This document shows, in pieces, positions 1 through 10,288 of a stretch of DNA of 64,000 nucleotides. Location: assembly GCA_030753015.1 (NCBI GenBank), contig JASMDC010000003.1, positions 64,001-128,000 of the forward strand. Reading direction: 5' to 3'. The DNA comes from Candidatus Undinarchaeales archaeon. Lineage in GTDB: Archaea; SpSt-1190; JASMDC01. The notes beneath the pieces are model-generated. The model ran no database searches. It worked only from the letters and a program-made list of their open reading frames with translations, and was not told the DNA's origin. The position numbers and the translations under genes are program-made. Position 1 is the first letter of the stretch. Each line of letters opens with the position of its first letter.

Positions 1-327
1 GGCCTGGGGGCGGTCACGTACCTACCAATGGGAATAGCTTTCCTTCGTTGGGGGCGACAGGAGGGCGAGACCGTCGTCATCGCCGCAGGCGGACTTGTTC
101 TCCTCTTCGACCTCACCCTCGTAGCGAACGTGCTCGAGCTGCCTCCGGCCGTAGCGGCAACGCTCCTCCTCCTCGCTGGCGTCGGTGTGCTGTTCGCAGC
201 CTGGCGCTTCGATGTACGGCGACGGGAACTCTTAGCTGCTCTTGGGGCTTCTGAAGAGAAGGATGATAAACTGGGCGATACCGCCGAAGGTGCAATGGAG
301 GGCGTTGGCGCGCTCTTGGAGCGGTGA
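1..327 (+). CDS. Membrane protein, 5'-truncated by the window edge
   Basis: Frame +1 is open from base 1 (GLGAVTYLPMGIAF...), with several hydrophobic segments and a charged C-tail. Confidence 0.6.
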   Translation, partial: GLGAVTYLPMGIAFLRWGRQEGETVVIAAGGLVLLFDLTLVANVLELPPAVAATLLLLAGVGVLFAAWRFDVRRRELLAALGASEEKDDKLGDTAEGAMEGVGALLER

Positions 328-330
328 CGC

Positions 331-756
331 TCAATCACCCTCGTGCACAGACGACGTCCCTATGATTGTAATGGACACCTTCCGTTTACGCGGGCGGACG
401 TCCAGCTCAACAAGGAAGATCGACTGCCAGGTACCCAGTTGTAATCGATCATCGCGCACAGGTATGGTACAGGATGGGCCGAGCATAAGTGAGCGAACAT
501 GGCTCTGGGGATTCTCCCCATGCTTATAGTTCGCCTTCTTCGGTACGAGCCGCTCGATCGCGGCCTTGAAGTCCTCCACTGCAGCAGGGTCGTTCTCGTT
601 CAGGACGATGGCACTGGTTGCCCCTGGGACGAACACCGTGGCGGTGCCTGTACGCACCTTTGCCTCAGTGATAACGGACGCAACTAGCTCTGTGATGTCC
701 TGGAAGTCAAGTTCTCCCGCGGTCGAGATGGGGACGTCCCGAGCGTACACGACCAT
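331..756 (-). CDS. yjbQ: YjbQ/UPF0047 family protein (secondary thiamine-phosphate synthase-like)
   Basis: Motifs DITxxV, GATSAIVLNEND, SHVRSLMLGPS, LGTWQSIFLVELD. ATG at 756 directly follows the ino1 stop. Confidence 0.9.
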   Translation of the reverse strand: MVVYARDVPISTAGELDFQDITELVASVITEAKVRTGTATVFVPGATSAIVLNENDPAAVEDFKAAIERLVPKKANYKHGENPQSHVRSLMLGPSCTIPVRDDRLQLGTWQSIFLVELDVRPRKRKVSITIIGTSSVHEGD

Positions 757-757
757 C

Positions 758-1831
758 TTATTGATCCTCCGCACCGATCCAGGTCAGTATCCTATTGAAC
801 GCCTCGATACGGCTAGGGAAGAGGACAGGGCCGCTCTTGAAGAAGAAGGCGCTGAGGTCCCGAGGGACGAAATCACACTTCTCCTTGGCGATGGGCACCA
901 GACGGATCAGGTCTGCAAGTAGCACGGATGCGGAGGGCGAATCACTGATACGTGCGGTGATGGTGATGAAGTTGGTTGTCCCGGCGAAGGTGTTGTAGTG
1001 TATGTTCAGGTACATGTGCTTGGTATCGGGGTCCATATGTGCCGGTGGGATGTAATCGATACCGATGTAATGCGGGATTTCCACGCCGGGGTACACGGTC
1101 GTGATGATGCGGGACTTGGACCGTTTCTTGGCAGCGCCCCTTCCGCTCGAATCTGAGAGGGAGAGGAAGTCAGTGTTAGATGCGTACTGCCACTGAGCGA
1201 TATTGAGCGGGATCCGCCCGTGCTGGGAGAGGTGGCACAACAGATCATGGGTGAGCGGAGTTGCTCCGGAGGCGAAGTCGTTCCCCATTAGCACGGCTTT
1301 ATTCTCTCTGGCGAGGTAGTCGTACTCCTCATCACCACAGATGGGGGTGGGGATCCCGTTGATTACACTCACTCCCTCCTGGAGGGCGTAGAGGGAGTAG
1401 ACCTTGCTCGAGGTCATATCTACGTCCGGCTCGGTCGTGGAGCAGATCGCCAGAACATCAAGGTTCTTCATCCGATCCCTTAGGTACGTCTCGGTCTCTC
1501 CGCGTTTCTTATGGTCCCAGATGGAAACGATGTTCTTGACTACGTGGTCCCTTTCCACACATACGCCCTCTTCTACTATGATATCATCGTAGTAACCCTT
1601 GGGAAGAGGGTAATACTTGCGGATGACCTCACCGACGCTCTTACCTACCTTGTCCCCATCGATGTCGAACACGCGTACGAGCTCGATGTCGTCCAAAGGG
1701 ACAGGTATGACATCCCTGACGGGATTGGTCAAGCAGGTCCAGATATCTCTGCCTTCGCGATGGAGAGCGAGGCCATAGAGGAAGCACGATGATAAATAGC
1801 CGAGGCCGACGATACCGATTCGGATGGTCAT
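758..1831 (-). CDS. ino1: L-myo-inositol-1-phosphate synthase
   Basis: N-terminal Rossmann IGIVGLG, FDIDGDKVGK, GNDFASGATPLT, NTDFLSL, SDSPSAS motifs of archaeal/bacterial MIPS. Confidence 0.85.
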   Translation of the reverse strand: MTIRIGIVGLGYLSSCFLYGLALHREGRDIWTCLTNPVRDVIPVPLDDIELVRVFDIDGDKVGKSVGEVIRKYYPLPKGYYDDIIVEEGVCVERDHVVKNIVSIWDHKKRGETETYLRDRMKNLDVLAICSTTEPDVDMTSSKVYSLYALQEGVSVINGIPTPICGDEEYDYLARENKAVLMGNDFASGATPLTHDLLCHLSQHGRIPLNIAQWQYASNTDFLSLSDSSGRGAAKKRSKSRIITTVYPGVEIPHYIGIDYIPPAHMDPDTKHMYLNIHYNTFAGTTNFITITARISDSPSASVLLADLIRLVPIAKEKCDFVPRDLSAFFFKSGPVLFPSRIEAFNRILTWIGAEDQ

Positions 1832-2075
1832 GGTCGTGTCACCGCTCTCTGCTAACGGGGTAGAAGATAAAAATTGGACCCTAGCTCTTCCGAGCCTTGT
1901 CGCGAACGTAGTGAACTAATATTTCTTCATAGTCTTTTCAAAAAACGGTAAATATACCTTATTTAGCAGCTAAACCGAATATTTGTACTCTAAAAAGCGT
2001 GAGCAACGACCAGCAACCATAAACGGCGCTCCACTACCACAAGCTACTGTTCGAAATTCGTAGTGAAACGTCCCA

Positions 2076-2128
2076 GAAAAAACCCATTTATATGGTTGCA
2101 ACCTACCACTTTCACGGGTACAGGTGAT
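2076..2128 (+). promoter_or_regulatory. Putative BRE/TATA promoter and GGTGA RBS of the giant surface-protein gene
   Basis: GAAAAAACCCATTTATATGG in an AT-rich intergenic region; AGGTGA lies 5 nt before the TTG at 2133. Confidence 0.55.
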
Positions 2129-2132
2129 CACT

Positions 2133-5100
2133 TTGACTAGATTGAAGAGGACCATTGCTGGATTGTTGATCGTGCTGCTACTTCTGGGTGTAGCGGAAGG
2201 AGAGGTGGCGTGTGAAATACCGCGACCGGATATATGTACACAGGAGTACGATCCGGTGTGTGGCTCGGACGGAGAGGTGTATGGAAACGGGTGCACTGCG
2301 TGTAGCAACACCGCCGTGGAGTATTACACTGCTGGCGAATGCGACGCGCCGGTAGGGGGGACTCCCGAAGAAGACGCGTCCATCCCACCGCCAGAGCTGG
2401 TCCATCCCGAATGCCCCCAGAACATGGAGGAGGTCTGCCTTTGCGATCAATGCTTCTGCACAACACCCCGGTGCGTTGTGGACGCCGACTGCACTACGAA
2501 GGTCACGTGTGCCGCGAACGAAGTGGATATCTGCCAGGACGAGGTCTGCACCTGTATCAGCACTGACGACGTGGACCTGGTGGACGTTAACGACACTGCG
2601 GACTGGGGGGACGACGAGATCCCGCTCCCGCTGGGAGTCGAGTGCCGCGTCCAGAGCCTTGAGAGCGAAAACATCAAGGACTACTACGACAAGACATCGC
2701 GACAACTCTGCTCAATCTCTGAAGCATTCTCGAATTTCATCGGCACCGAGCCCGACGAGATGAGGGCTCGGGCGGATTATGGTTTCTCTGCAGAACGTCC
2801 AGAATGGTCGGGTGTGTTCACCGAGACGGAGGACTCCCTGGGACGTGCGATATCAGAGACCGCAAGCGCGGAACATCGCCTCGCTCAGCACATGGTCCGT
2901 TTCATCAACACCGTCAAGGTCATGCTCAACCTCTGCGGCACTGCTGACTACGTATGCGGCCACGAGTGCACGCTGTGCGGTGGTGCTGCAAGTGGCCAGT
3001 CACCTTGCTCTTGCGAGGACGAGTCTTGTTGTAACTCCCTTGTTACTGAAGACATGTGCAGCGTCGCCACCACCTGTTCATGGAATCCCAGCGATGCTGG
3101 CGAGTGCGATGATAAGGCCGATGGAGACAAGTGTTCCAACGGCAACGGTATCTGCTGCGCAGGTAAGAAAGGAGCCAGTGACACGAACGTCTCTATGTGC
3201 ATCATCGGTGGGATAGAGTGCGGAGACTTCGAAGACGAGTGCTCCGACCAGACCGACGGAGCGCGGTGCGGTACTGCAGGAAGATGCTGCGGAAAACGAT
3301 GCGTCGAGGGTGCGTTCTCATGTGACGCAGGGACCTGTTCGCTAAGTTGCGGCAGCTTCGATTCCGATAAATGCCAGAATTTCGACTGTTCGGGCAACAA
3401 TAAGACCACGTGCGGCGAAACCAACGATACAAAGGGGATCTGTATGTGGAAGTCCTATGATAACGTCCCCGGCGACGACGATAACGATGGGGATGGTATC
3501 AATCGCTGCTACGACAACATGACATGCGATGCCGATGGCGACAGTATCCCCGACCGGGTAGACGAGGACATCGACGGCGACGGTATCCCCAACGAGGAAG
3601 ACCTGGACGTCGACGGCGATGGCGTCCCGAACGAGGAGGATCGGCTCCCCGGTGATGACAATGACGTCACATCGAAGAAGCTGTACGGTATCAAGTACAG
3701 CCTCCAACGCTGGGACGAAGAGGATGGCTGGTCCAATATCGACGAAGAGGTGGAATGTGTCAATGAATGTACCCACGAGTGCATCTGGCAGAACACCTGT
3801 CGGAATGGAGCCGACCTTGTCCAGTGCATATTCGGAGACCAGAACGATGGACAGCAAGGCGATTGTGATTGCCAAGGCCGACCGCAGGACAGCCAGGTGG
3901 AGCAGATCTCCACTGAGGTAACTCCCGGAGAGGGTGAGCTGGACTTCGACGGAGACGGAGTGCGTATTTGTATCGATAACGAGACGTGCGATTCTGACGG
4001 CGACGGCAACCTCGACTATGAGGATGAGGACGATGATAACGACGGCACGGTGGACGTGCTGGACGAGGACGACGACGGGGACGGCAACCTCGACACCGAG
4101 GACCTGCTCTTCGGCGACGACGATGACTTCACCTTCACGTCCTACAAGATGGACGACGATCTTGACTGTATCCTCACCTGCGGTCCGGACTTCCGACAGT
4201 GCGACTCGGACGGGGACGGTATCAACATCCCCCAGGACCCCGACGACGACGACGACGGTATTTCCGACGACGCTGGCGATCTGGACCAGGACGGGGACTC
4301 TCAGGGTAACGGGTGTGTGAACATCTGCAACCTCAACACCACGCAGGACCAATGTCTGCCGGCTTGTCCCAAGAGCTGGGAGAGCGGTGCGGACCAGTGC
4401 GGAGAGTGGTCGGGATCGTGCATGGGCACGATCAACCGCTACTATGAGAACCTCTATCTTATCGAGCACCTAGGGATCCTGGTGAACAACGAGATCAACA
4501 ATATAGTCACCTATTCCCGGGAGAACGACACTTTAGTGGAGATGGCGACACAAGATAACGAGATCAACGTCACTGCCATCAGTGAGCTCGATATCAATAT
4601 GGACACTCCGGTCCTTGCGGCCATCATGGACAAGCTCGCGGACAAGGTAGTGGACGAGGCTGTGGCCAAGTACGTTGCCGACGTCGTGTTCGCCTTCATT
4701 GGAAGGAGCGACGAATTGGCCGGGAACGCCACAATGGTAGGTGAGCTACTGGACGAGTACAACGCAGGAATAGAAGCGAACCGCGAAGCGGTGCTCGCTA
4801 ATCTGGCAAATCTAGCAGAGCGTAACTGCGACCTATCGGAGGCCCTCCAGTGCTTTGAAGGCAAGAGCGCCTTTGACAGTGGACCGGGGGAATACGGTAT
4901 CGCTGAGCTGAACAACGAAGGATTCTGGCTCGATCTCGAGAACAACATCACCACGTACTTCGATCCCGCGGAGCTCGGTCAGGAACCGCCGGTCGAGATG
5001 ATCCAAGCCTGTAACGATGACGCTTGCTCCACGAGAAAGGAGGTAGAATCCCTGGACGATGCCTCCGACGTGCGTGTGGAGGGCGAGGAGCTCGTTCTTG

Positions 5101-8100
5101 TCACCGAATCGCGCGGCCTCTACAAGGACTATGTTCTCTTCGTGCCCAACTACAACAATGGGACCCTACCTCAAGAGCTGCAAGTAAAGGCTTCTATCAC
5201 CGGTGGTGGCTCAAGTGTCGAGGAGAAGACGCTCGTGTTCCCGAGCGCCGATGCTGCGAACCATACGATATCCCTGTCGCTTGCGACCATCTCTTACAAT
5301 GGTGCTGACCTCCTCGTCCGCTGGGGCGTTGACGCGCCCGCGCAGATAGCATGTGAGGAGCCGATATCCGATGTATGCACCCAGGAGTACGCCCCCGTAT
5401 GCGGTTCAGACGGGCGCACCCATTCAAACGGCTGCACGGCCTGCTCCACCGCGGGGGTCGAGACCTATTCACCTGGCGAGTGCGGCGCCATTACGCCCGG
5501 TACGAGCCCCGAAGGAGCGATCCTGGAGATTCGCATCACTCGTGGTGACCTGCCCCATGTTTGGCGTGTCCACGATGTTGGCCGGCTCTCCAGCGTGGTG
5601 AAAGGCGTAGATCGGAGCGTGCGCGAGGACCGCGCCCGACAGTGGGCCCGGAGGACGCGCATAGCATCTATCGACGGCCGCCGGATCGAGCTGGAGGAGC
5701 CCTACGCATACTCGGCGTTCATGGCGGGCGTGTTCAAGGAAGCGTGCCTGCTCTCGAGCGCGAACGTACAGATGCTGGATGAGGATCCGACCATGAGGCC
5801 GTCCAAGCTCCTGGACGTAGTCGCACCGTTGAACAAGATCGAGGAGGTGCTCCCGCCACGGGAGGATGACATCCTCGGAAGGCTCTTTGCAACCTGGGGC
5901 AGCAACGTATCGCTACCCAATCTCATATCCTTTGGTGATCCGATCTTCTCGGCAGAGGATGCGGTGCGCCAGGACCGTGCAGTGGAGGAGACCAACCAGA
6001 TGCTCTCACACATGTGCGTCCAGAACATCGAGCGGGGCACGGGAGCACCACCTGAGGAGCCCATCCCCGAGGCCTTTGTGGACACGGGTTTCCACTACAA
6101 CTGCGACTCCATCACATCTGAGGAGCTGTGCGGGGCGGCTGAGAGCGTTGCTTACTGCACATGGGAGAACGGTACTTGCATGAATATCGTGACCAACGAT
6201 ATCCTGCGGATAATCGAGCTCGACAGGATCGAGCTGGACGAGTTCACCTTCACCATGCAGGGGAGCGGTATCGCCCATGACGACCTGTTGATCTATGACA
6301 CTGCGACGTACGTTTCTCCCCAGTGCGTCCCGGCCGTACTCATGCGGCTTGGCCTTGGCGAAGATATGTGCACGTCCTTCGAACAGCTAGCGGAGCTCAT
6401 GATGGAGAACAACTGCACGAAGGGCGGGATCATCGACTGTCTGGACACAGAGGCGACAACGCCACGTATCACGATGCGAGAGCTCGTCTGGCTCGTTGAA
6501 TGCCCGTTGGCGGGCGTGACGTCCGGCACCGGCAACGATGGTTTGGACAACGATGGCGACGGTGCTATCGACGAGGACCCGCAGGACGATCTTGACAACG
6601 ATGGCGACGGCCTCATCGATGAGGACGGTCATGGCGGTGACGGTAAGGACAATGATGGTGACGGTCTCATCGACGAGGACTGGCGAGATGGTCAGGACAA
6701 CGATGGTGACGGTCGCATCGACGAGGACGGTGCCGGTATCGACGACTACAACGCTGATGGCCAGGACAACGATGATGATGGCCTCATCGACGAGGACGTA
6801 TGGGATGGCCAAGACAACGACAACGACGGCCTCATCGACGAGGATGGCTGGGGCGGCGACGGCCTGGACAACGACGGCGATGGCCTCATCGACGAGGACC
6901 CGCGCAACGACGTGGACGACGATGGCGATGGCCGTATCGACGAAGATGGTGCTGGCGTGGACGAGCACTGGCGTGAGGAGGCCGAATGCGATGCTTACAC
7001 CGTGGAGATCGAAGAGCATGCAGGGATGTCCGTGGGCGTTGGTGAGAAGTTGACCTATATTGTCACCATTACCGATACGTCCGAGGCGGAGAGCTGCAAG
7101 GAGCGGATCATCCGCATCACGGCAACCTCTGAAGGCCCCTGTGGTGTTGCGACTGTTCCGATGCCATTACAGTTCGACCTCGTCAAGGGCGATGTAGCGG
7201 TCAAGGAACTGGACGTCATCGCCTACTATGAGGAAGGGCAATGCATCATCCATGTCGTCGTGGAGGACGGTGGCCGACATTCCGCCGACCGCGAGTTCGC
7301 GATATCTCTGGACCCGTCACTGATCACACAGGAATGCCTTCCTGGCGAGCACCTTCAGAACGGTGCCTGCTGCGTGCTCGGCGAGACATGCTGCCGTACC
7401 TCGGAGGACTGTGCCACCGAGGGAACATGCATCGGTAACTACTTCATGCCCGCCGTGTGCGGTCCGGACCACTATTGCTTGACGACGCTCGACGTGGACA
7501 AGGTGGAGGACTGCACAAAACAGAGCAAGCTCTGCAGCGAGGAGCACAAGCGCTGCATGGACCCGAACGAGCTGAACATCCGTATCGACCTTGCCGTTCT
7601 GACAATCGTCCGGAACGAGTACAAGAAGGGCACGGAGCTTGAGCTCGTAGCCGATGTTGTGGACGTCAACCTACAGCACGTCCTGGGTGCCGTGATTAAC
7701 GTCAAGCTCGGTGACACGGTCGTGGGGCTACAGGAGAGCAATAACCTGTACCGCGGCATCATCGCGCTCGACGTTCCCGGAGAGCAAGAGTTGGTAATCA
7801 CCGCCAAGCGCGGCGAGGATCGGGACGAGTACTCCAAGACGATCACGGTGTACGAGCTCTTGGACTTCGAGATAGAGGCGGAGCCTCTCGCAATCTACCG
7901 TGGCGGCACCGTGTCCGTGCACGTGATACCCAAGGACACCGCAGGTACCGTGCTCGAGAACGTGCTTGTCAAGTACTTCCTCGATGCCGAGGAGGTGCTT
8001 GGCGGGAGCACCATCGAGATACCCATGGAGGCATCGGCTGGCGCCCACGGCCTCAAGACCTGTATCTTCAAGAAGTACTATAAGCCAGGACCGGCCTGTG

Positions 8101-10214
8101 TCATCCAGGGCGACTACTGCTGCAAGCTCAAGGGTCTGGTCGTGCTCACCGGCGGTTTCGCCATGAAGGCCGTCGATGCAGAGGGCCGCGAGAAGGGAAT
8201 ATTCTCTCATGGAGAGGACATCATCGTAGCTGTCACCACAGATGAAGACACAGAGGTGAGCTGCGAGGCTGGCGGTGAGACGAAGACGTGCACCACGGCT
8301 GAGCGCACGTGCTCCGTGACGTTCGCAGGTGCCACTTCGGGCGACCTCGAAGTCACGTGTTCGGCATTCAGCATGAGCAAGGTGCTACATGTACCAGTAT
8401 ATAGCAGCATCACCACAGTAACGCTCTCTCAGAGCCTGGCCAAGGTGAAGCCTGGTGATGTCATATCCATCACCGAGGTCCGCGATGCAGCAGGTTCGGT
8501 GACCGAGTACGAGGCATACTGGACAGTGGACGGTACAGTCGTGCCCGGTGCACAGCTCGAGGTCCTCGACGAACCTGGCCTCCATGACATCGAACTGAAG
8601 GTGTCGGCCTCAGGCTATCAAGAGTACTCGGAACGCTACACCATGGATGTGGAAGCGGACCGGTCCTTCAGCGTTTCCATGTTACCGGACTTCCAGTCGG
8701 TCAATCCGGGCGTTGCCGCCACGTTCACGATACGCGTCACGAACGACGGCAATGTGAAGCAGTTGTTCACCCTGAAGGTCGACAGTGCCGAGGTGTTCGC
8801 CGAGAAGAGCGAGCTTGAGATCGAAGCAAGTGAGAGCACCGACATAAAGCTCGTGATGACCAAGGACGCAGTGGGCGTCTTTGACATCGGCGCGACGGTC
8901 CTTGGTGTCGAGCAACAGAAGCACGTGAGCGGCCAGCTTGAGGTGGCGACGGAGGAGAAACGTGGCGTCAAGATAGCTCTGGTCCAGAAGGAGACCGAGG
9001 TCGAGGCGGGCACATCCGTTTCCATCGGGTTCGAGATATGGAACACAGGCAACGTCGCCGATACCTATGTGGTGAGTACCGATGGTATCCAGCTCAAGGA
9101 TGTCGACATGTCACTTGGTAGCAATGCCAAGCAGGTGTTCCCAGTGCTCCTCTCCAAGGCAGGTACATACGCCTTCACCTTCACCGTGACGTCGAAGAGC
9201 GATCCTTCCATAAAGGACGAGGTCGAGGGTAGCCTGATGGCGTACAGCTACGACTACGCCATCAATCCCGAGGAGCTTTTGATCGAGGGCCAGATCAACG
9301 AGCGTATGGAGTTCGAGTTCACTCTGGAGAACAAGGGTCAGAAGTCCAACACCTTCTCCTTCTCCAGCAGCGGGACCGACCTGGTGTTCGAGAAGACCTT
9401 CCTTACCCTCGGTCCCGGTGAGAAGAAGCCCATCAAGGGCCGCAAGACCGTGAAGGCGGATGCTGTGGACACCATCACCGTGGTCGACAAGGTGAAGAGC
9501 ACTGAGAAGAGCGCCACTCTCAAGTCGTCACTTGTGCAAGCGTTCACGCTGGACCTGGACAAAGGGGAGCTCCAGATGGTGCGGGGCGGTAAGGGCGAGT
9601 TCACCATCACCGTGGAGAACAAGCTCGATGAGGCGCTCACGCTGGACATCCAGCTCAGCGCTCCCGGCGGTAAGGAGCTGGCGTGGATCACCAAGACCAT
9701 AACAGTAGCTGCCAAGGACACTGGTCAGGAAGCGAACGAGATCACCATCGCCGATGATGCTGAGCTCGGGGAGTTCTCTATCGCCGTGGTCGCACGGAAG
9801 GGTGAGGAGGTACGCTCCAAGGAACTGACCATCCGCGTGGTGCCCGACATAGGTGCTATCCAGGACGAGATTAACGCCTTCATTTCTGACATGGGTGGCA
9901 TTGAGGAAGCGATTTCACTGCTGGAGCGTCAGGGCATCGATCCCGTCTCCGCCAAGACCGCTTTCAAGGTGACGAAGATGTCATCTATGGAGGTGGACGA
10001 GGAGTTCAAGAACGGCAGGTACGACATTGCGACCACGAAGCTCCTGAAGGCTCGCGATTCGCTGAAGAAGACCAAGAACGAACTGGACAATGCTCGGCTC
10101 TTGGCAGGGGCGAAGGGGTATACGGGAACGAGCTACGTGCTGCCCGCGATCGTGCTCGTGCTCGTCGCGGCCGGCGCCTTCGCGGTGAACAAGAAAGGCC
10201 TACTGGGCAAGTAA
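2133..10214 (+). CDS. Giant (~2690 aa) multidomain cell-surface protein: signal peptide, two Kazal-like domains, Cys-rich segments, Asp-rich Ca-binding repeats, Ig/CARDB-like domains, C-terminal TM anchor
   Basis: Signal peptide (RLKRTIAGLLIVLLLLGVAEG). CTQEYxPVCGSDG twice. DxDxDG repeats. Repeated V.N.GN beta-sandwich motifs. Ends YVLPAIVLVLVAAGAFAV-NKKGLLGK. Start placed at TTG 2133 by RBS spacing (the ORF track gives 2124). Confidence 0.85.
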   Translation: MTRLKRTIAGLLIVLLLLGVAEGEVACEIPRPDICTQEYDPVCGSDGEVYGNGCTACSNTAVEYYTAGECDAPVGGTPEEDASIPPPELVHPECPQNMEEVCLCDQCFCTTPRCVVDADCTTKVTCAANEVDICQDEVCTCISTDDVDLVDVNDTADWGDDEIPLPLGVECRVQSLESENIKDYYDKTSRQLCSISEAFSNFIGTEPDEMRARADYGFSAERPEWSGVFTETEDSLGRAISETASAEHRLAQHMVRFINTVKVMLNLCGTADYVCGHECTLCGGAASGQSPCSCEDESCCNSLVTEDMCSVATTCSWNPSDAGECDDKADGDKCSNGNGICCAGKKGASDTNVSMCIIGGIECGDFEDECSDQTDGARCGTAGRCCGKRCVEGAFSCDAGTCSLSCGSFDSDKCQNFDCSGNNKTTCGETNDTKGICMWKSYDNVPGDDDNDGDGINRCYDNMTCDADGDSIPDRVDEDIDGDGIPNEEDLDVDGDGVPNEEDRLPGDDNDVTSKKLYGIKYSLQRWDEEDGWSNIDEEVECVNECTHECIWQNTCRNGADLVQCIFGDQNDGQQGDCDCQGRPQDSQVEQISTEVTPGEGELDFDGDGVRICIDNETCDSDGDGNLDYEDEDDDNDGTVDVLDEDDDGDGNLDTEDLLFGDDDDFTFTSYKMDDDLDCILTCGPDFRQCDSDGDGINIPQDPDDDDDGISDDAGDLDQDGDSQGNGCVNICNLNTTQDQCLPACPKSWESGADQCGEWSGSCMGTINRYYENLYLIEHLGILVNNEINNIVTYSRENDTLVEMATQDNEINVTAISELDINMDTPVLAAIMDKLADKVVDEAVAKYVADVVFAFIGRSDELAGNATMVGELLDEYNAGIEANREAVLANLANLAERNCDLSEALQCFEGKSAFDSGPGEYGIAELNNEGFWLDLENNITTYFDPAELGQEPPVEMIQACNDDACSTRKEVESLDDASDVRVEGEELVLVTESRGLYKDYVLFVPNYNNGTLPQELQVKASITGGGSSVEEKTLVFPSADAANHTISLSLATISYNGADLLVRWGVDAPAQIACEEPISDVCTQEYAPVCGSDGRTHSNGCTACSTAGVETYSPGECGAITPGTSPEGAILEIRITRGDLPHVWRVHDVGRLSSVVKGVDRSVREDRARQWARRTRIASIDGRRIELEEPYAYSAFMAGVFKEACLLSSANVQMLDEDPTMRPSKLLDVVAPLNKIEEVLPPREDDILGRLFATWGSNVSLPNLISFGDPIFSAEDAVRQDRAVEETNQMLSHMCVQNIERGTGAPPEEPIPEAFVDTGFHYNCDSITSEELCGAAESVAYCTWENGTCMNIVTNDILRIIELDRIELDEFTFTMQGSGIAHDDLLIYDTATYVSPQCVPAVLMRLGLGEDMCTSFEQLAELMMENNCTKGGIIDCLDTEATTPRITMRELVWLVECPLAGVTSGTGNDGLDNDGDGAIDEDPQDDLDNDGDGLIDEDGHGGDGKDNDGDGLIDEDWRDGQDNDGDGRIDEDGAGIDDYNADGQDNDDDGLIDEDVWDGQDNDNDGLIDEDGWGGDGLDNDGDGLIDEDPRNDVDDDGDGRIDEDGAGVDEHWREEAECDAYTVEIEEHAGMSVGVGEKLTYIVTITDTSEAESCKERIIRITATSEGPCGVATVPMPLQFDLVKGDVAVKELDVIAYYEEGQCIIHVVVEDGGRHSADREFAISLDPSLITQECLPGEHLQNGACCVLGETCCRTSEDCATEGTCIGNYFMPAVCGPDHYCLTTLDVDKVEDCTKQSKLCSEEHKRCMDPNELNIRIDLAVLTIVRNEYKKGTELELVADVVDVNLQHVLGAVINVKLGDTVVGLQESNNLYRGIIALDVPGEQELVITAKRGEDRDEYSKTITVYELLDFEIEAEPLAIYRGGTVSVHVIPKDTAGTVLENVLVKYFLDAEEVLGGSTIEIPMEASAGAHGLKTCIFKKYYKPGPACVIQGDYCCKLKGLVVLTGGFAMKAVDAEGREKGIFSHGEDIIVAVTTDEDTEVSCEAGGETKTCTTAERTCSVTFAGATSGDLEVTCSAFSMSKVLHVPVYSSITTVTLSQSLAKVKPGDVISITEVRDAAGSVTEYEAYWTVDGTVVPGAQLEVLDEPGLHDIELKVSASGYQEYSERYTMDVEADRSFSVSMLPDFQSVNPGVAATFTIRVTNDGNVKQLFTLKVDSAEVFAEKSELEIEASESTDIKLVMTKDAVGVFDIGATVLGVEQQKHVSGQLEVATEEKRGVKIALVQKETEVEAGTSVSIGFEIWNTGNVADTYVVSTDGIQLKDVDMSLGSNAKQVFPVLLSKAGTYAFTFTVTSKSDPSIKDEVEGSLMAYSYDYAINPEELLIEGQINERMEFEFTLENKGQKSNTFSFSSSGTDLVFEKTFLTLGPGEKKPIKGRKTVKADAVDTITVVDKVKSTEKSATLKSSLVQAFTLDLDKGELQMVRGGKGEFTITVENKLDEALTLDIQLSAPGGKELAWITKTITVAAKDTGQEANEITIADDAELGEFSIAVVARKGEEVRSKELTIRVVPDIGAIQDEINAFISDMGGIEEAISLLERQGIDPVSAKTAFKVTKMSSMEVDEEFKNGRYDIATTKLLKARDSLKKTKNELDNARLLAGAKGYTGTSYVLPAIVLVLVAAGAFAVNKKGLLGK
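3470..4310 (+). repeat. Thrombospondin type-3-like Asp-rich calcium-binding repeats (coding)
   Basis: DADGDSIPDRVDEDIDGDGIPNEEDLDVDGDGVPNEED, DSDGDGNLDYEDEDDDNDG and related units. Confidence 0.75.
6531..6956 (+). repeat. Eight tandem DNDGDGxIDED coding repeats
   Basis: Eight copies of D[N/D]D[G/D/N]DG[A/L/R]IDED, arranged as two blocks of four. Confidence 0.9.
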
Positions 10215-10233
10215 CCGATAGGGGAACGCCGTT

Positions 10234-10255
10234 GGGGGCGGGCTGTCCCGCCCCC
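10234..10255. terminator. GC-rich hairpin between convergent genes
   Basis: GGGGGCGGG-CTGT-CCCGCCCCC, a perfect 9-bp stem 20 nt after the giant gene's stop. Confidence 0.55.
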
Positions 10256-10288
10256 CGCGACAATCGTCGAAGATGAAGCGAGAGCGGT

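Noticed and set aside
6531-6956. CRISPR-like periodic repeats
   Set aside because: The repeats are in-frame, degenerate at third codon positions and encode a peptide motif; there are no unique spacers or cas genes.
2137-9721. Antisense ORFs inside the 2.7k-aa gene (e.g. 3342-4469 -, 6387-7019 -)
   Set aside because: Val/Ile-rich mirror translations of Asp-rich GAC/GAT repeats.
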